Below, piece after piece: positions 29,374 to 39,248 of a DNA stretch of 64,000 bases. Both the position numbers and the translations under genes were made by a program. The notes beneath the pieces are model-generated. The model made no database searches and was not told the DNA's origin. It was given only the letters and a program-made list of their open reading frames with translations. Position 1 is the first letter of the stretch; each line of letters starts with the position of its first letter. The DNA comes from an uncultured Candidatus Rokubacteria bacterium (GTDB lineage: Bacteria > Methylomirabilota > Methylomirabilia > Rokubacteriales > DASRDR01). The stretch lies in NCBI GenBank assembly GCA_963708025.1, contig CAVPSB010000024.1, positions 1-64,000 on the forward strand, given 5' to 3'.

Positions 29374-31469
29374 CACGCCCTCATCGGGGTGCCCGGCCGG
29401 GCCGGGGCGAGGGCCCACCGCCGCACGCCGAGCGCGAGGCCCAGGCAGGCCAGGCCGAGCACCAGATAGAGGGGGCCCGGCGTCGCGGTCCGGGGCAGGC
29501 CGCCGAAGATCTTCTCGTGCTCCGCCCCGGCCGGCAGGTTCGTGGGCACGATCCCGGTGGCGAGGGGCGTGCCATCGGGCCGGGTCGGCGTGACGTCGAC
29601 GGCGACCAGGCTCGTGTACGCCGAGACCAGGTGGTGCTGGAGGGCGACGGCGACCACCGCGCCGCGCACCTCGTCGCGGTCGGCGCCCTCCCGCAGGCCG
29701 TCCATCAGCGAGCCGATCTTCTTCCGCGCCCAGAGCTTGTGGATGCCCGTCTCGTCGGTCCGGGCGTCGAGGCGAAGCGTGACCTCCCACGGCTGCGTCC
29801 CCCGCGTGCCCGTGAGGGTGAGCTCGCTCCGCGGGTCGGTCCCCAGCCGAGCCACGAGGACGATCGGCTCGCCCACGTAGAGGTCGGGGATCCGCTCGGG
29901 CCAGGCCTCGACGTCGGCCCGGTCCCAGCTCACCGCGAGCCCGGCGAGGACCGGATGCTCGAGCTTCCGGAAGAGCGCCGTCATCTTCTCGCCAACCTCG
30001 GTCGGGCTGCCGATGTAGGTGTAGGTGCCGCGGCCGAACTCGGCGGCCTTCGTCATGAAGTGCGAGTTCGGGCTCGCGCCGATGCCGACCGTGAAGAGCC
30101 GGCTGCGCCCGAGCTTCTCCTGGATGTACCGGAAGAGCTGGTCCTCGTTCCCGACCTGGCCGTCGGTGATGAAGACGACCTGGCGCACGGCGTCGTGGCC
30201 GGCGTCCTCCTCCAGCGCGGCCCGCAGCGCCGGCAGCATCTCGGTCCCGCCGTCGGCCCGGAGGCCGGCCACCCATTGCCGGGCGCGCGCGAGCTCCGCC
30301 GGCCCCGCCGACACCGTGGACGGGAAGAGGGCCTGGGCGCGGGAATTGAACTGGATCAGGTTGAAGCGGTCCCCGGGACGGAGGGCGCCCAGCGCCTCGC
30401 CCAGGGCGAGCCGGGCCTGCTCGATCGAGGCCCCCGCCATCGAGCCCGAGGTGTCCACGACGACGACCGTCTCGCGCGACAGGCGGGGCCCCGCCGCGTC
30501 GGCCGGGGGCGGGAGCAGCATCACCAGCGCGTAGTGCTCGCCGTCGTGCCACTGGGTGAACAGGGCCGCCGCCGGCTCGTGGCCGACCGCCGGCACCCAG
30601 ACCAGCTCGAAGTCCCGGTCGGCCGGCACCTCCCCGTCCCGCAGCGTCACGAGCTGGCGCGTCGGCGAGAGCGGGGTCGCCACCACCGCGTGAAAGGGGC
30701 TCTCGACCCGGCGCAGCGGGAACCCGGTGTCGAGGTCGACCGCGAGGGTCACCGGGTTGATCGGGCCTTGCCGCGGGTGCCGCACCGGGGGGGTGATGCG
30801 GGCGGCGTCGGGCACGGCATCCGTGTTGACCCCCCACCCCGTCCCGGGGTCGCCCGGGATGGCGGTGGCGCCGGGGATGTAGCGGGGGCCCACGACCATC
30901 GGGAAGCGCAGCCGGAACTCGCCTGCGTCGTAGCGCAGGACCTCCTGGTACTGGAGGACGACCTCGACCTGCTCCCCGGGGCCGATGTTGGCCACCGAGA
31001 CCGTGAAGATGTTCGGGCGCTCCTGCTCGAGGAGCGAGGCCTTCTTCCCCTCCTGCTTCGCCTGCTGGTAGGTCTGCCGGGCCTCCTCGCGCTCGCGGAT
31101 CCGGCCCTCGATGACCCGGGGGCCGACGCGCACCAGCAGCGTGTCGACAGCCGCCGACTCGGGGAGCGGGAACACGTAGATCGCCTCGAGCCACTCCTCG
31201 GTCGGGTTCGCGAACTGCTGGGCGACCTCCACCCGGGCGACCAGGCCGGTCACCTGCATCCGGACGTCGGTCCTCAGCAGCGGCGCCTCCTGGAAGCGGC
31301 CGGGCACGTCCGTCCTGACGAGGAGCGCGCCTCGTCCCGTCTCCCCGAGTCCGACCGGGGGCCCCAGCGCCTCACCGGCGCCGGCCCGGCCCGTTCCAAG
31401 CCCGGCCCCCACCAGGAGCGCGAGCCCGATCGTCCCCACCCACCGCGAGAGCATCCTCCCCAGTCGCAT
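29262..31469 (-). CDS. Sortase target protein: signal peptide, VIT, VWA, LPxTA sorting signal and TM helix
   Basis: EAIYVFPLP, FPMVVGPRY, VVDTSGSM, FITDGQV, YTSLVAVD, LPRTA followed by a hydrophobic helix and RR. Confidence 0.9.
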   Translation of the reverse strand: MRLGRMLSRWVGTIGLALLVGAGLGTGRAGAGEALGPPVGLGETGRGALLVRTDVPGRFQEAPLLRTDVRMQVTGLVARVEVAQQFANPTEEWLEAIYVFPLPESAAVDTLLVRVGPRVIEGRIREREEARQTYQQAKQEGKKASLLEQERPNIFTVSVANIGPGEQVEVVLQYQEVLRYDAGEFRLRFPMVVGPRYIPGATAIPGDPGTGWGVNTDAVPDAARITPPVRHPRQGPINPVTLAVDLDTGFPLRRVESPFHAVVATPLSPTRQLVTLRDGEVPADRDFELVWVPAVGHEPAAALFTQWHDGEHYALVMLLPPPADAAGPRLSRETVVVVDTSGSMAGASIEQARLALGEALGALRPGDRFNLIQFNSRAQALFPSTVSAGPAELARARQWVAGLRADGGTEMLPALRAALEEDAGHDAVRQVVFITDGQVGNEDQLFRYIQEKLGRSRLFTVGIGASPNSHFMTKAAEFGRGTYTYIGSPTEVGEKMTALFRKLEHPVLAGLAVSWDRADVEAWPERIPDLYVGEPIVLVARLGTDPRSELTLTGTRGTQPWEVTLRLDARTDETGIHKLWARKKIGSLMDGLREGADRDEVRGAVVAVALQHHLVSAYTSLVAVDVTPTRPDGTPLATGIVPTNLPAGAEHEKIFGGLPRTATPGPLYLVLGLACLGLALGVRRWALAPARPGTPMRACKGVGSFGPPSPQPKAEGRPTVGEGGWGGREAQTESV

Positions 31470-31635
31470 CGCCCACCTCCCTGTCGCAGGGTCGAGCCCC
31501 GCTGTCTGCCCCCATTGGACCGGGTCGCTGTGCACGGAGCGGGGTCAACCCGGGGAATGTAGGCGGCGAGATGTGGCGAAATCGTGGCAGCGGATTTTCT
31601 TGACGGCCCTCGCCCGGCCCGCCATCCTTTCCGGC

Positions 31636-32355
31636 ATGACCCCGCCGCGCGGAGGCCTGGTCGCCGTGGTCGACGACGAGCCGGGCCTCCGGGAGACCGT
31701 GAGCTTCGCTCTGCGCCGCGAGGGCTACCGGGTGGAGACCTTCGCCGACGGCCGGGCGGCCTGGCAGGCGTTCCAGGAGCGGCTACCCGACGTGGTGGTG
31801 CTCGACATCCTCATGCCGGGCCTCGATGGGCTCGATCTCTGCCGCCGGCTGCGCGCCCGGAGCGAGACGCTGCCCATCATCTTCCTGACGTCCCGCGACG
31901 AGGAGCTGGACCGGGTGCTCGGGCTCGAGCTGGGGGCCGACGACTACCTCTGCAAGCCCTTCTCGATGCGCGAGCTGATCGCCCGGATCCGGGTCCTCTT
32001 CCGCCGGGCCGCGGCCAGCAGCCAGCCGGCCCCGGCCGCGGAGCCGAAGCCGCTCGCGCTGGGCGCCCTCACGCTCGACTTCGACCGGTACCTGGTGCGC
32101 TGGAAGGGCGCCGCCGTCCCGCTGACGCTGACGGAGTTCCTCATCCTGGCCGCCCTCGTCCGCCATCCCGGTCACGTCAAGAGCCGCAAGCAGCTCATGG
32201 AGCAGGGCTACCCCCACGACGCCTACGTGAGCGAGCGCACGATCGACTCGCACGTGAAGCGGCTGCGGGCCAAGTTCGCGCAGATCGATCCCGGCTTCAC
32301 CGGCATCGACACCGTCCACGGCGTCGGCTACCGCTACCGCGAGGAATCCGAGTGA
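31636..32355 (+). CDS. OmpR-family response regulator (ChvI/PdsR-like)
   Basis: VVDDE, VLDILMP, GADDYLCKPF, ERTIDSHVKRLR. Confidence 0.9.
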   Translation: MTPPRGGLVAVVDDEPGLRETVSFALRREGYRVETFADGRAAWQAFQERLPDVVVLDILMPGLDGLDLCRRLRARSETLPIIFLTSRDEELDRVLGLELGADDYLCKPFSMRELIARIRVLFRRAAASSQPAPAAEPKPLALGALTLDFDRYLVRWKGAAVPLTLTEFLILAALVRHPGHVKSRKQLMEQGYPHDAYVSERTIDSHVKRLRAKFAQIDPGFTGIDTVHGVGYRYREESE

Positions 32356-32414
32356 GACATCGGGAGCCAATCCGCTCGGTCTCCTGGCCTCGCGCCGCGT
32401 CGCAACTGCGGGCC

Positions 32415-32467
32415 GCCGCCCCTCCCCCCGGAGGGTGGGGAGGGGTCGGGGGTGGGGGTGGACCCGA
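32415..32467. repeat. Partial family A repeat (reverse orientation)
   Basis: cccctccccccggagggtggggaggggtcgggggtggggg between RR and HK. Confidence 0.55.
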
Positions 32468-34042
32468 ATGACCCGGCTCGCGCGGCTCCCCTCGCGGATC
32501 GCCGTGCGCCTCCTGGCCTTCAACCTGCTGCTCGTCTTCCTGCCGGCGGCGGCCGTGTACTACCTCGACGTCTACGAGCGCCAGCTCCTCGACGCGCAGG
32601 AGCGGGCGATGGTGCAGCAGGGCCGCGTGCTGGCCGCCGCGCTCTCCGAGCGGGGCCCGGTCGTGGCGGCGGACGCCGAGGCGATCCTGGTGCGGCTCCG
32701 CCAGCAGTCGGAGGCCCGGCTGCGCGTGGTCGACCGCGAGGGCCGCATCCTCGCGGACTCCAGCCAGCTCGGTCCCCGCCGGGAGCCGGAGCCCGAGGCC
32801 CCCTCCCGCGAGGCCCGGGAGCCGCGCACCCGCGATGCCCCGCTCTACCAGGTCGGCGCCTGGCTGTACCGGGCGTACCAGCGCCTCTTCGCGCCGTCGC
32901 CGCCGGTGGCGGACCCGGAATCCGAGGACCTGGCGCCCTCCCAGCTCCTGACGACGCCCGAGGTCCGCGACGCCCTCGCCGGACGCTACGGGGCCCGCAC
33001 CCGGATGTCCCCGGGGGCCCGGCGCTCGGTCACCCTGTACAGCGCGCTCCCGGTGTGGACCGGCGCCCGGGTGGCCGGCGCGGTGCAGGTCTCGCAGTCC
33101 ACCGCCCGCCTGTTCCGAGTCCTGGACCAGACCCGGCTCGGCGTCTTCCAGGTCTTCCTGGCCTCGGTCGCCGTCGCCATCGTGCTCAGCCTGCTGGTCT
33201 CCACGACGATCGTCCGCCCGCTCCGCCAGCTCCGCGACGAGTCGCACGGGATCGTCGATCGGCGGGGTCGCATCCGGAAGGGCTTCGTGGGATCCCGGCG
33301 GCGGGACGAGATCGGCGAGCTGGCCCGCGCCCTGGAGGAGCTGACGCGCCGGCTCGAGGACCACGCGCGCTTCACCGAGTCGTTCGCGGCCGACCTCGCC
33401 CACGAGCTCCGGAACCCCCTCGCCTCTATCCGCAGTGCCAGCGAGATGCTGGCCGAGGTGGACGATCCCGCCGGCCGCCGCCGCTTCCTGGCGATCGTGC
33501 AGCGAGAGGTGGCCCGCGTGGAGCACTTGCTGGCCGCCTGCCGCGAGCTGGCCCGGATCGACGCCGGCCTCGAGACCGAGGAGCGGCGCCCCGTGGACCT
33601 GAGCCAGCTCCTGCCGGCGATCGTCGACGGCTACCGCCTCCGTGGGGTGAACGGCGTGCGGCTGGAGCTCGCCGCCTCGCCGGAGCCGGTGGTGGCGCGC
33701 GGCTCGCCGGAGCGGCTGACCCAGGTGTTCGAGAACCTCCTCGACAACGCGGTCAGCTTCTCCCCGCCGGCCGGAACGGTGCGCATCGACCTCGCCCGGC
33801 GGGACGGCACGGCGATCGCGACGATCGCCGACGCCGGTCCCGGGATCCCGGAGGGCGCCGAGGCGCTCGTCTTCGGCCGCTTCTACACCGACCGGCCCGG
33901 CAGCGACAAGACGGCGGCGGGCCACACCGGGCTGGGTCTCGCGCTGGTCAAGACGATCGTCGAGGGCTACGGGGGCGCCGTCACCGCCGCGACGCGGCCG
34001 GAGGGCGGGGCGTGCTTCACCGTCCGGCTGCCGATTCAGTGA
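32468..34042 (+). CDS. Sensor histidine kinase (ChvG/PdsS/CreC-like)
   Basis: Two TM helices, HAMP (DEIGELAR), AHELRNPL, NLLDNA, DAGPG, GLGL. Confidence 0.9.
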   Translation: MTRLARLPSRIAVRLLAFNLLLVFLPAAAVYYLDVYERQLLDAQERAMVQQGRVLAAALSERGPVVAADAEAILVRLRQQSEARLRVVDREGRILADSSQLGPRREPEPEAPSREAREPRTRDAPLYQVGAWLYRAYQRLFAPSPPVADPESEDLAPSQLLTTPEVRDALAGRYGARTRMSPGARRSVTLYSALPVWTGARVAGAVQVSQSTARLFRVLDQTRLGVFQVFLASVAVAIVLSLLVSTTIVRPLRQLRDESHGIVDRRGRIRKGFVGSRRRDEIGELARALEELTRRLEDHARFTESFAADLAHELRNPLASIRSASEMLAEVDDPAGRRRFLAIVQREVARVEHLLAACRELARIDAGLETEERRPVDLSQLLPAIVDGYRLRGVNGVRLELAASPEPVVARGSPERLTQVFENLLDNAVSFSPPAGTVRIDLARRDGTAIATIADAGPGIPEGAEALVFGRFYTDRPGSDKTAAGHTGLGLALVKTIVEGYGGAVTAATRPEGGACFTVRLPIQ

Positions 34043-34136
34043 GGTCTTCGGGACCTCCCTCCCACCCCCCAGCCCCCTCCCCCACCCACCGGGGGGAGGG
34101 GGAGCCGGAGGCCCCGATTCCTTCGCAGACTCTGAG
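34040..34136. repeat. Family A repeat
   Basis: tgag..ggacctccctcccacccccc...ggggggagggggagccggagg...ttcgcagactctgag. Confidence 0.85.
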
Positions 34137-34169
34137 TGCAGCGAGGGCCGCCGCATTGGTTCACACGCC

Positions 34170-35168
34170 GTGAGACGGGCCACCGTCGGGATCATCGGGA
34201 TGATCAGCCTGCTCGCGCTCGGGACCGCCGCCGCTGCGCCGCGGTTCGAGCCCGGACCGTACCAGGAGGCCGACGGCGCGATGCCGCTCCACGCGGGCGG
34301 GGCCCTGGTCAACCCGTACTTCGCGACGAAGGCGCTGGTGGTCGCCGACGTCGCCGGGCTCGACGTCCGCGAGGCCGCCGGCCGATGGGTCGGCTGGGCG
34401 CTCGCCCGGCAGCGCTTCGACGGGCGGTTCGAGCGCTACTGTCGCGATGGCCAGGTCTGGCGGGCATGCGGCGACGCCGACGCGGACGACGCGATGCTCG
34501 CCCTCTGGCTCGAGCTGCTCTACCGGCTGGCGCCGGACGCGGGCATCCCCGCGGCATGGCAGACCAGCGTGCGGACGGCCGAGGCCCACCTCGCGTCGCT
34601 CCGCGATCCCGCGCTCGGCGTCTACCGGATCGCCCGCACCAACCCGACCACGCTCTTCATGGACAACGTCGAGGTGCACGCCGCGCTCAAGGCGATCGCC
34701 CGCGACCAGCTCCGGCTCGGCGACGCCCGCCGCGCCCGGGAGACCGACGTCCAGGCGGCCTACCTGGCGCGCGACGTGCTGACCGTCTTCTGGCGGGCGG
34801 AGACCGGCACGTTCGTGGTCTCCACCCAGGAGCGCCTCGGCCGGGCGTTCTACCCGGACGTGGTCGCCCAGACGTACCCGTGGCTCCTCGACTTGCCGAC
34901 CCCGGCCGGCGACCCCCGGCCGGCCTTCGCCGAGTGGCGCCGCCGGCACCGGACGGACTGGCTGTCCCTGCGCCAGGACGATTACCCGTGGGGCCTGGTG
35001 GCGCTGACCGCCCTCGAGCTCGGCGACGCCGAGACCGCGCGGTGCTGGCTCGGGCGCGCGGCGCCGCTCCGCTTCGGCCAGCGCTGGAACGTGCTCGAGG
35101 AGGCGATCCACCAGGCCCTCGTCGCGCGGCTCGGCGCGCCTCCGACCGGACCAGCCCCGGGTTGCTGA
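34170..35168 (+). CDS. Secreted hypothetical protein, possibly alpha/alpha-toroid (glycosidase-like)
   Basis: Signal peptide; NPYFA, DADDAM, FMDNVEV, FYPDVVAQ; fold assignment is inference. Confidence 0.55.
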   Translation: MRRATVGIIGMISLLALGTAAAAPRFEPGPYQEADGAMPLHAGGALVNPYFATKALVVADVAGLDVREAAGRWVGWALARQRFDGRFERYCRDGQVWRACGDADADDAMLALWLELLYRLAPDAGIPAAWQTSVRTAEAHLASLRDPALGVYRIARTNPTTLFMDNVEVHAALKAIARDQLRLGDARRARETDVQAAYLARDVLTVFWRAETGTFVVSTQERLGRAFYPDVVAQTYPWLLDLPTPAGDPRPAFAEWRRRHRTDWLSLRQDDYPWGLVALTALELGDAETARCWLGRAAPLRFGQRWNVLEEAIHQALVARLGAPPTGPAPGC

Positions 35169-35184
35169 AGACGCGCGAAGAAGT

Positions 35185-35338
35185 CAGTTACTCCTTGGCC
35201 CCCCTCCCCCCAGTGGGCGCCGGAGGGACGGGACGTCGCGAGGGCCGTAGGCCCGAGCCGTCCTGGCGATCCGGTCAATCGGGAGGGGGCCAAAGGCCGA
35301 AGGCCGTCAAAGGATCGGGGGGGCGGGAGGTCCCGAAA
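35185..35338. repeat. Composite repeat (family A ends plus family B core)
   Basis: Contains the ccaaaggccgaaggccgtc module, a gggaggtcccg end, and a 54-bp core that is the reverse complement of 59919-59973. Confidence 0.7.
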
Positions 35339-35414
35339 TACGGTGCTTTCCTTGACCGGACGCGCCCCGGCAGGATAGCCTCTGCCTCATGATCGCGCAG
35401 GTGCCCCGTACATC

Positions 35415-36413
35415 ATGACCCAAGTCAACCGGACCCTCACCGCCCGGGTCGAGCACGGGGCGCTCCTCCTCGTCGACGACGACGAGATGACCCGCGACAT
35501 GCTCTCCCGCCGGCTGGAGCGCATCGGCTACACCGTCACGCCGGCCTCCGACGGCGACCAGGCCCTCGAGCTGATCGCCCGGGAGCCGTTCGACGTCGTG
35601 CTGCTCGACATCAAGATGCCGGGCCTCACCGGCTTCCAGGTGCTCCAGGCCATCCGGCGGATCCACTCGGTGACCGACCTGCCGGTGGTCATGGTGACCT
35701 CCAGCGACGACAGCGACAGCATCGTCGAGGCGCTGGAGCTGGGAGCCAACGACTACGTGACGAAGCCGATCGACTTCCCGGTGGCGATCGCCCGCGTCCG
35801 GACCCAGCTCCTGCTGCGGCGGATGGTCCTGGCGCTGGAGGAGGCCAACCAGAAGCTGGAGCGGCTGTCCTTCCTGGACGGGCTGACGAACATCGCCAAC
35901 CGCCGCCGCTTCGACGAGTTCCTGGAGCGGGAGTGGCGGCGGGGGCTGCGCGACGGCACGCCCATCTCCGTGATCATGACCGACATCGACTTCTTCAAGG
36001 CGTACAACGACACCTACGGCCACGAGGCCGGCGACGAGATCCTGAAGATGGTGGCCGGGGCGCTGAGCGCGACCTTGAATCGCCCCGCCGACCTGGTGGC
36101 GCGGTACGGCGGGGAGGAGTTCGTGGTGGTGCTCCCGGGGACCGATTCCGGCGGCGCGGCGCTCCTGGCCGAGCGCCTGCGCGGCGGCGTCGAGAGCCTG
36201 CAGATCGCCCACGCCGGCTCCCGGGTCGGCGTCCACGTCACGATCAGCCTGGGGGTGGCCACCATGGTGCCCCAGCGGGGGGTCTCACCCGACGTGCTGG
36301 TGGCCGCCGCCGACCAGGCGCTCTACCAGGCCAAGCACGAGGGCCGGAACCGGGTCCGTGTCTCGGTCGAGCCCGTTCCCCCGTCTCCCCCGTCGGGGGA
36401 GACACCAGGATGA
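35415..36413 (+). CDS. REC-GGDEF diguanylate cyclase
   Basis: LVDDD receiver domain; DGLT, RPAD I-site and RYGGEEF. Confidence 0.92.
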   Translation: MTQVNRTLTARVEHGALLLVDDDEMTRDMLSRRLERIGYTVTPASDGDQALELIAREPFDVVLLDIKMPGLTGFQVLQAIRRIHSVTDLPVVMVTSSDDSDSIVEALELGANDYVTKPIDFPVAIARVRTQLLLRRMVLALEEANQKLERLSFLDGLTNIANRRRFDEFLEREWRRGLRDGTPISVIMTDIDFFKAYNDTYGHEAGDEILKMVAGALSATLNRPADLVARYGGEEFVVVLPGTDSGGAALLAERLRGGVESLQIAHAGSRVGVHVTISLGVATMVPQRGVSPDVLVAAADQALYQAKHEGRNRVRVSVEPVPPSPPSGETPG

Positions 36414-36461
36414 GGCGGTCGGCGAGCGACCCGGCCCAGGCTCTCGTGAGCTGATGGGCGG

Positions 36462-37334
36462 TCAGCGCGCGTCGGCCGCCTGCATCTTGCGGAGCTCGAG
36501 CACGTCGTAGCGCCGCCGGATCGACGGCAACAGCGCACCGAAGATCGCCGTCGTGAGGAGCCCCGCCAGGTTCAGCGGGTAGGACACGGCCCACGGCTGG
36601 CCGCGCAGCATCGCCGCGATGCCGGCCGCCAGGACCGCCACGCCGAGCGTCACGAGCGTCTTCGTCGCGCCCAGCACGAACCCGCGCGCCACGCCGCGCG
36701 ACGTCAGCCAGCCGATGACCGCGCCCAGGAGGCCGATGATCCCGCCCAGGGCGCCGCCGACGAGCCCGCCGGTCCGCTCGCTCCACCACTGGCCCGACGC
36801 CGCCAACGGGTCCTCCCCCGGCTGGTACTGGACGAGCCGCAGGGGCCCCAGGTCCACGGTGCCGCGCCCGGGGAGCACGACGTTCAGCGTGAGTCCAGCC
36901 GGCGGCGGCGTGCCCGCGTCCGCGAACATGGGGAGGATGAAGGGCCGCCAGTCCGTGGTGCCCTGGAGAGGGCGGAGGAGGCCGGAGCCCAGCGTCCGGG
37001 AGAAGTAGCGCCCCCCATTCGGGAACGCGCTCCACATTTCGAGGTAACCCTGTCCACGCACGCCCTCGTACCGAACGGAGCCGGCGAGGGCGTAGGGGAA
37101 GCCCGTGACGCCCGGCGCGTCCAGGGTCAGGACCGTCAGGCGGGTCGGCACGTCCTCGGCGTGCACGATGCGGAGGTACGGGAAGCCGGCGGTCGCGTCC
37201 GCGGATTGCACGGTGCCGGCGGCCGGTGGGCGCGCGGTGTGGAGGCTTCCCCAGGACAGATCGCGGAGGGTCTGTTCGCCGAACGCGGCCGAACCCCAGA
37301 ACACGAGGCTAAGCGTGGTGATCCAGCGCTTCAT
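36462..37334 (-). CDS. Hypothetical membrane protein (signal peptide, periplasmic domain, 3 TM helices)
   Basis: GYLEMWS..FSRT; hydrophobic C-terminus; overlaps the DUF2089 gene. Confidence 0.65.
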   Translation of the reverse strand: MKRWITTLSLVFWGSAAFGEQTLRDLSWGSLHTARPPAAGTVQSADATAGFPYLRIVHAEDVPTRLTVLTLDAPGVTGFPYALAGSVRYEGVRGQGYLEMWSAFPNGGRYFSRTLGSGLLRPLQGTTDWRPFILPMFADAGTPPPAGLTLNVVLPGRGTVDLGPLRLVQYQPGEDPLAASGQWWSERTGGLVGGALGGIIGLLGAVIGWLTSRGVARGFVLGATKTLVTLGVAVLAAGIAAMLRGQPWAVSYPLNLAGLLTTAIFGALLPSIRRRYDVLELRKMQAADAR

Positions 37335-37641
37335 GGCGACCTCCCGTCTCGTCGCGATGTGCGGTCAGGAGGAGCTTCAGGGTGTCCATGCCGAGCTTGC
37401 CGTCGGCAAACTGGGCTCGGAGCAGTCGCTCGAACCGGCTGGTGATCGTCTCGTTGTCCAGGACCTTGATCTTGTCGATGAGGCGATCCAGCCGGAGGCG
37501 GACGGTCGGGTAGCTGATGCCGTAGGCCTGAGCTAGCTCCTTGAGCGACCCCGAGGCCAGCACGAACCGCTTGACGAACGCGAGATCCTCGTCGCTCAGC
37601 TGATCCGCCCACCGCTCGGGGCCGCGGCCGGTCCGGGGCAT
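37309..37641 (-). CDS. DUF2089 family HTH protein
   Basis: FVKRFVLASGSLKELAQAYGISYPTVRLRLDRLI. Confidence 0.88.
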   Translation of the reverse strand: MPRTGRGPERWADQLSDEDLAFVKRFVLASGSLKELAQAYGISYPTVRLRLDRLIDKIKVLDNETITSRFERLLRAQFADGKLGMDTLKLLLTAHRDETGGRHEALDHHA

Positions 37642-37664
37642 GGCCACCTCCACCCCGATGGTGG

Positions 37665-37688
37665 ACTTTAATAAAGTGTAAGTCAACT
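37665..37688 (-). promoter_or_regulatory. Candidate promoter with palindromic operator upstream of DUF2089
   Basis: TTGACT on the minus strand with ACTTTA-N-TAAAGT (37665-37677) in the spacer; AT-rich patch. Confidence 0.5.
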
Positions 37689-37799
37689 TTCTGTTTGTTG
37701 AATAGCCCGGGACGGGCGTCGCGGCGCGGGCCGGGGGGGAGCGCGCGCTCGAGCAGGGCCCCGCGGCCACCAAGGCGAACGGCCCCCCGGCGCTCGCGG

Positions 37800-39245
37800 T
37801 CAGCGTGGTGGTGAACGCGCTGGTCGCGGGCCAGCGGCCACGGCGGGGGGCTCGGCGGGGAGCGCGATCGTCACACGGCAGCCGCGCTCGCTGCCGTCAA
37901 CCACCCTGGCCGCCTCGATCACGATCGTCCCACCGTGCACCTCGGCGATCCGCCGGGCCAGGGTGAGGCCCAGGCCGAAGCCCCGCGGCGCCTCGCCGGC
38001 CGCGCTCGGCGTGCGGGCCCGGTCCAGCCGGTAGAACGGGGTCAGGACCCGCTCCCGCTCGGCCGGCGCGATCCCCTCCCCCTCGTCCTCGACGCTCAGC
38101 GCCACGCCCGTCGTCTCGCGGCGCGCGGCCAGCGTGATCGGCGGCGCCCCGTACTTGGCGGCGTTCTCGACAAGGTTCCAGAGCGCGCGCTTGAGCAGGG
38201 TTCCGTCGGCCACCACGGCGAGCGGCGGGCCGTCCGCGACGCGGACCGCCTTGCCGGCCACCAGCGGGTCGTGCGCCGCCCGCTCGGCCAGCTCGCCGAG
38301 AAGCGAGGGCACGTCCACCGGTCCGAGGTGAGGCGGCAGCCCCGTCGCGTCCAGTCGCGCGGTGGTGAGGACGTCGTCGATCAGCCGGTCCAGCTCGGCG
38401 AGGTCGCCCTCCACGTCGCGGAGGCGGGCCTCGCTCTCACCATCCCGGGCGAGCAGCGCGAGGGCCACCCGGATGCGGGCGAGGGGCGAGCGGAGCTCGT
38501 GCGAGACGTTGGCGAGCAGCTCCTTCTGGCCGGCCACCAGCCGCTCGACCCGGTCGGCCATGTCGTTGAAAGCGCCGGTCAGCTCCCGGAGCTCGTCGAT
38601 GCGCGGGCCCCGGTGCCGCCGCCACCAGCCCCGGCGCCCGCCTGCCTCGGCCTCGGGCACGCGATAGGCCAGCTCCCCTCGACCGAGGCGGCGCGCCGCC
38701 TCGGTGAGCCGCTCGATCGGCCGCGAGATGCGGCGGGCCAGCGGCGCGGCCGCGACCGCGACGATGAGCAGCACCAGGGCCACCGTGAGGCCGGGCCGCA
38801 AGAGCGCGGTCACACGGAACCGCCGCGGCAGCGAGACCTCGACGAAGCCGAGGACGGCGCGGGAGCCCGCGGCCCGCACCGGCGACGCCACGAACCACAC
38901 CGGGGCCGGCCGGGTGACCAGGCCACCGGCGCGGAGATCGGCCGCCTCGGTGGCGGTCAGCGGCCCGAGCTCGAGGCCGGCCGCGCCCAGGACGCGGCCG
39001 TCGAGGCCCCGGACGGTGACGTCGATCTCCAGGTCCTCGTGGAGCTGACGCAGCCGCCGGCCCAGCTCGGCGGGATCAGCCAGGGCCTCGGCCACCAGCG
39101 AGCCGATGTGCCGGGACACGCGCTCGGTGACCTGGCGCTGGAAGGCGTTGCGCTGACCGACGGCAAACACCACGCTCGCCGCCAGGCCCACGACGAAGAG
39201 CACGCCGAGGAAGTGGAGATAGATGCGGCCGTAGAGTCGCGCCAC
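37800..39245 (-). CDS. HAMP sensor histidine kinase (CpxA/RstB-like)
   Basis: SHELRSPL, NLVENA, DEGEG, GFGLGL. Confidence 0.9.
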   Translation of the reverse strand: MARLYGRIYLHFLGVLFVVGLAASVVFAVGQRNAFQRQVTERVSRHIGSLVAEALADPAELGRRLRQLHEDLEIDVTVRGLDGRVLGAAGLELGPLTATEAADLRAGGLVTRPAPVWFVASPVRAAGSRAVLGFVEVSLPRRFRVTALLRPGLTVALVLLIVAVAAAPLARRISRPIERLTEAARRLGRGELAYRVPEAEAGGRRGWWRRHRGPRIDELRELTGAFNDMADRVERLVAGQKELLANVSHELRSPLARIRVALALLARDGESEARLRDVEGDLAELDRLIDDVLTTARLDATGLPPHLGPVDVPSLLGELAERAAHDPLVAGKAVRVADGPPLAVVADGTLLKRALWNLVENAAKYGAPPITLAARRETTGVALSVEDEGEGIAPAERERVLTPFYRLDRARTPSAAGEAPRGFGLGLTLARRIAEVHGGTIVIEAARVVDGSERGCRVTIALPAEPPAVAAGPRPARSPPR

Positions 39246-39248
39246 CGG

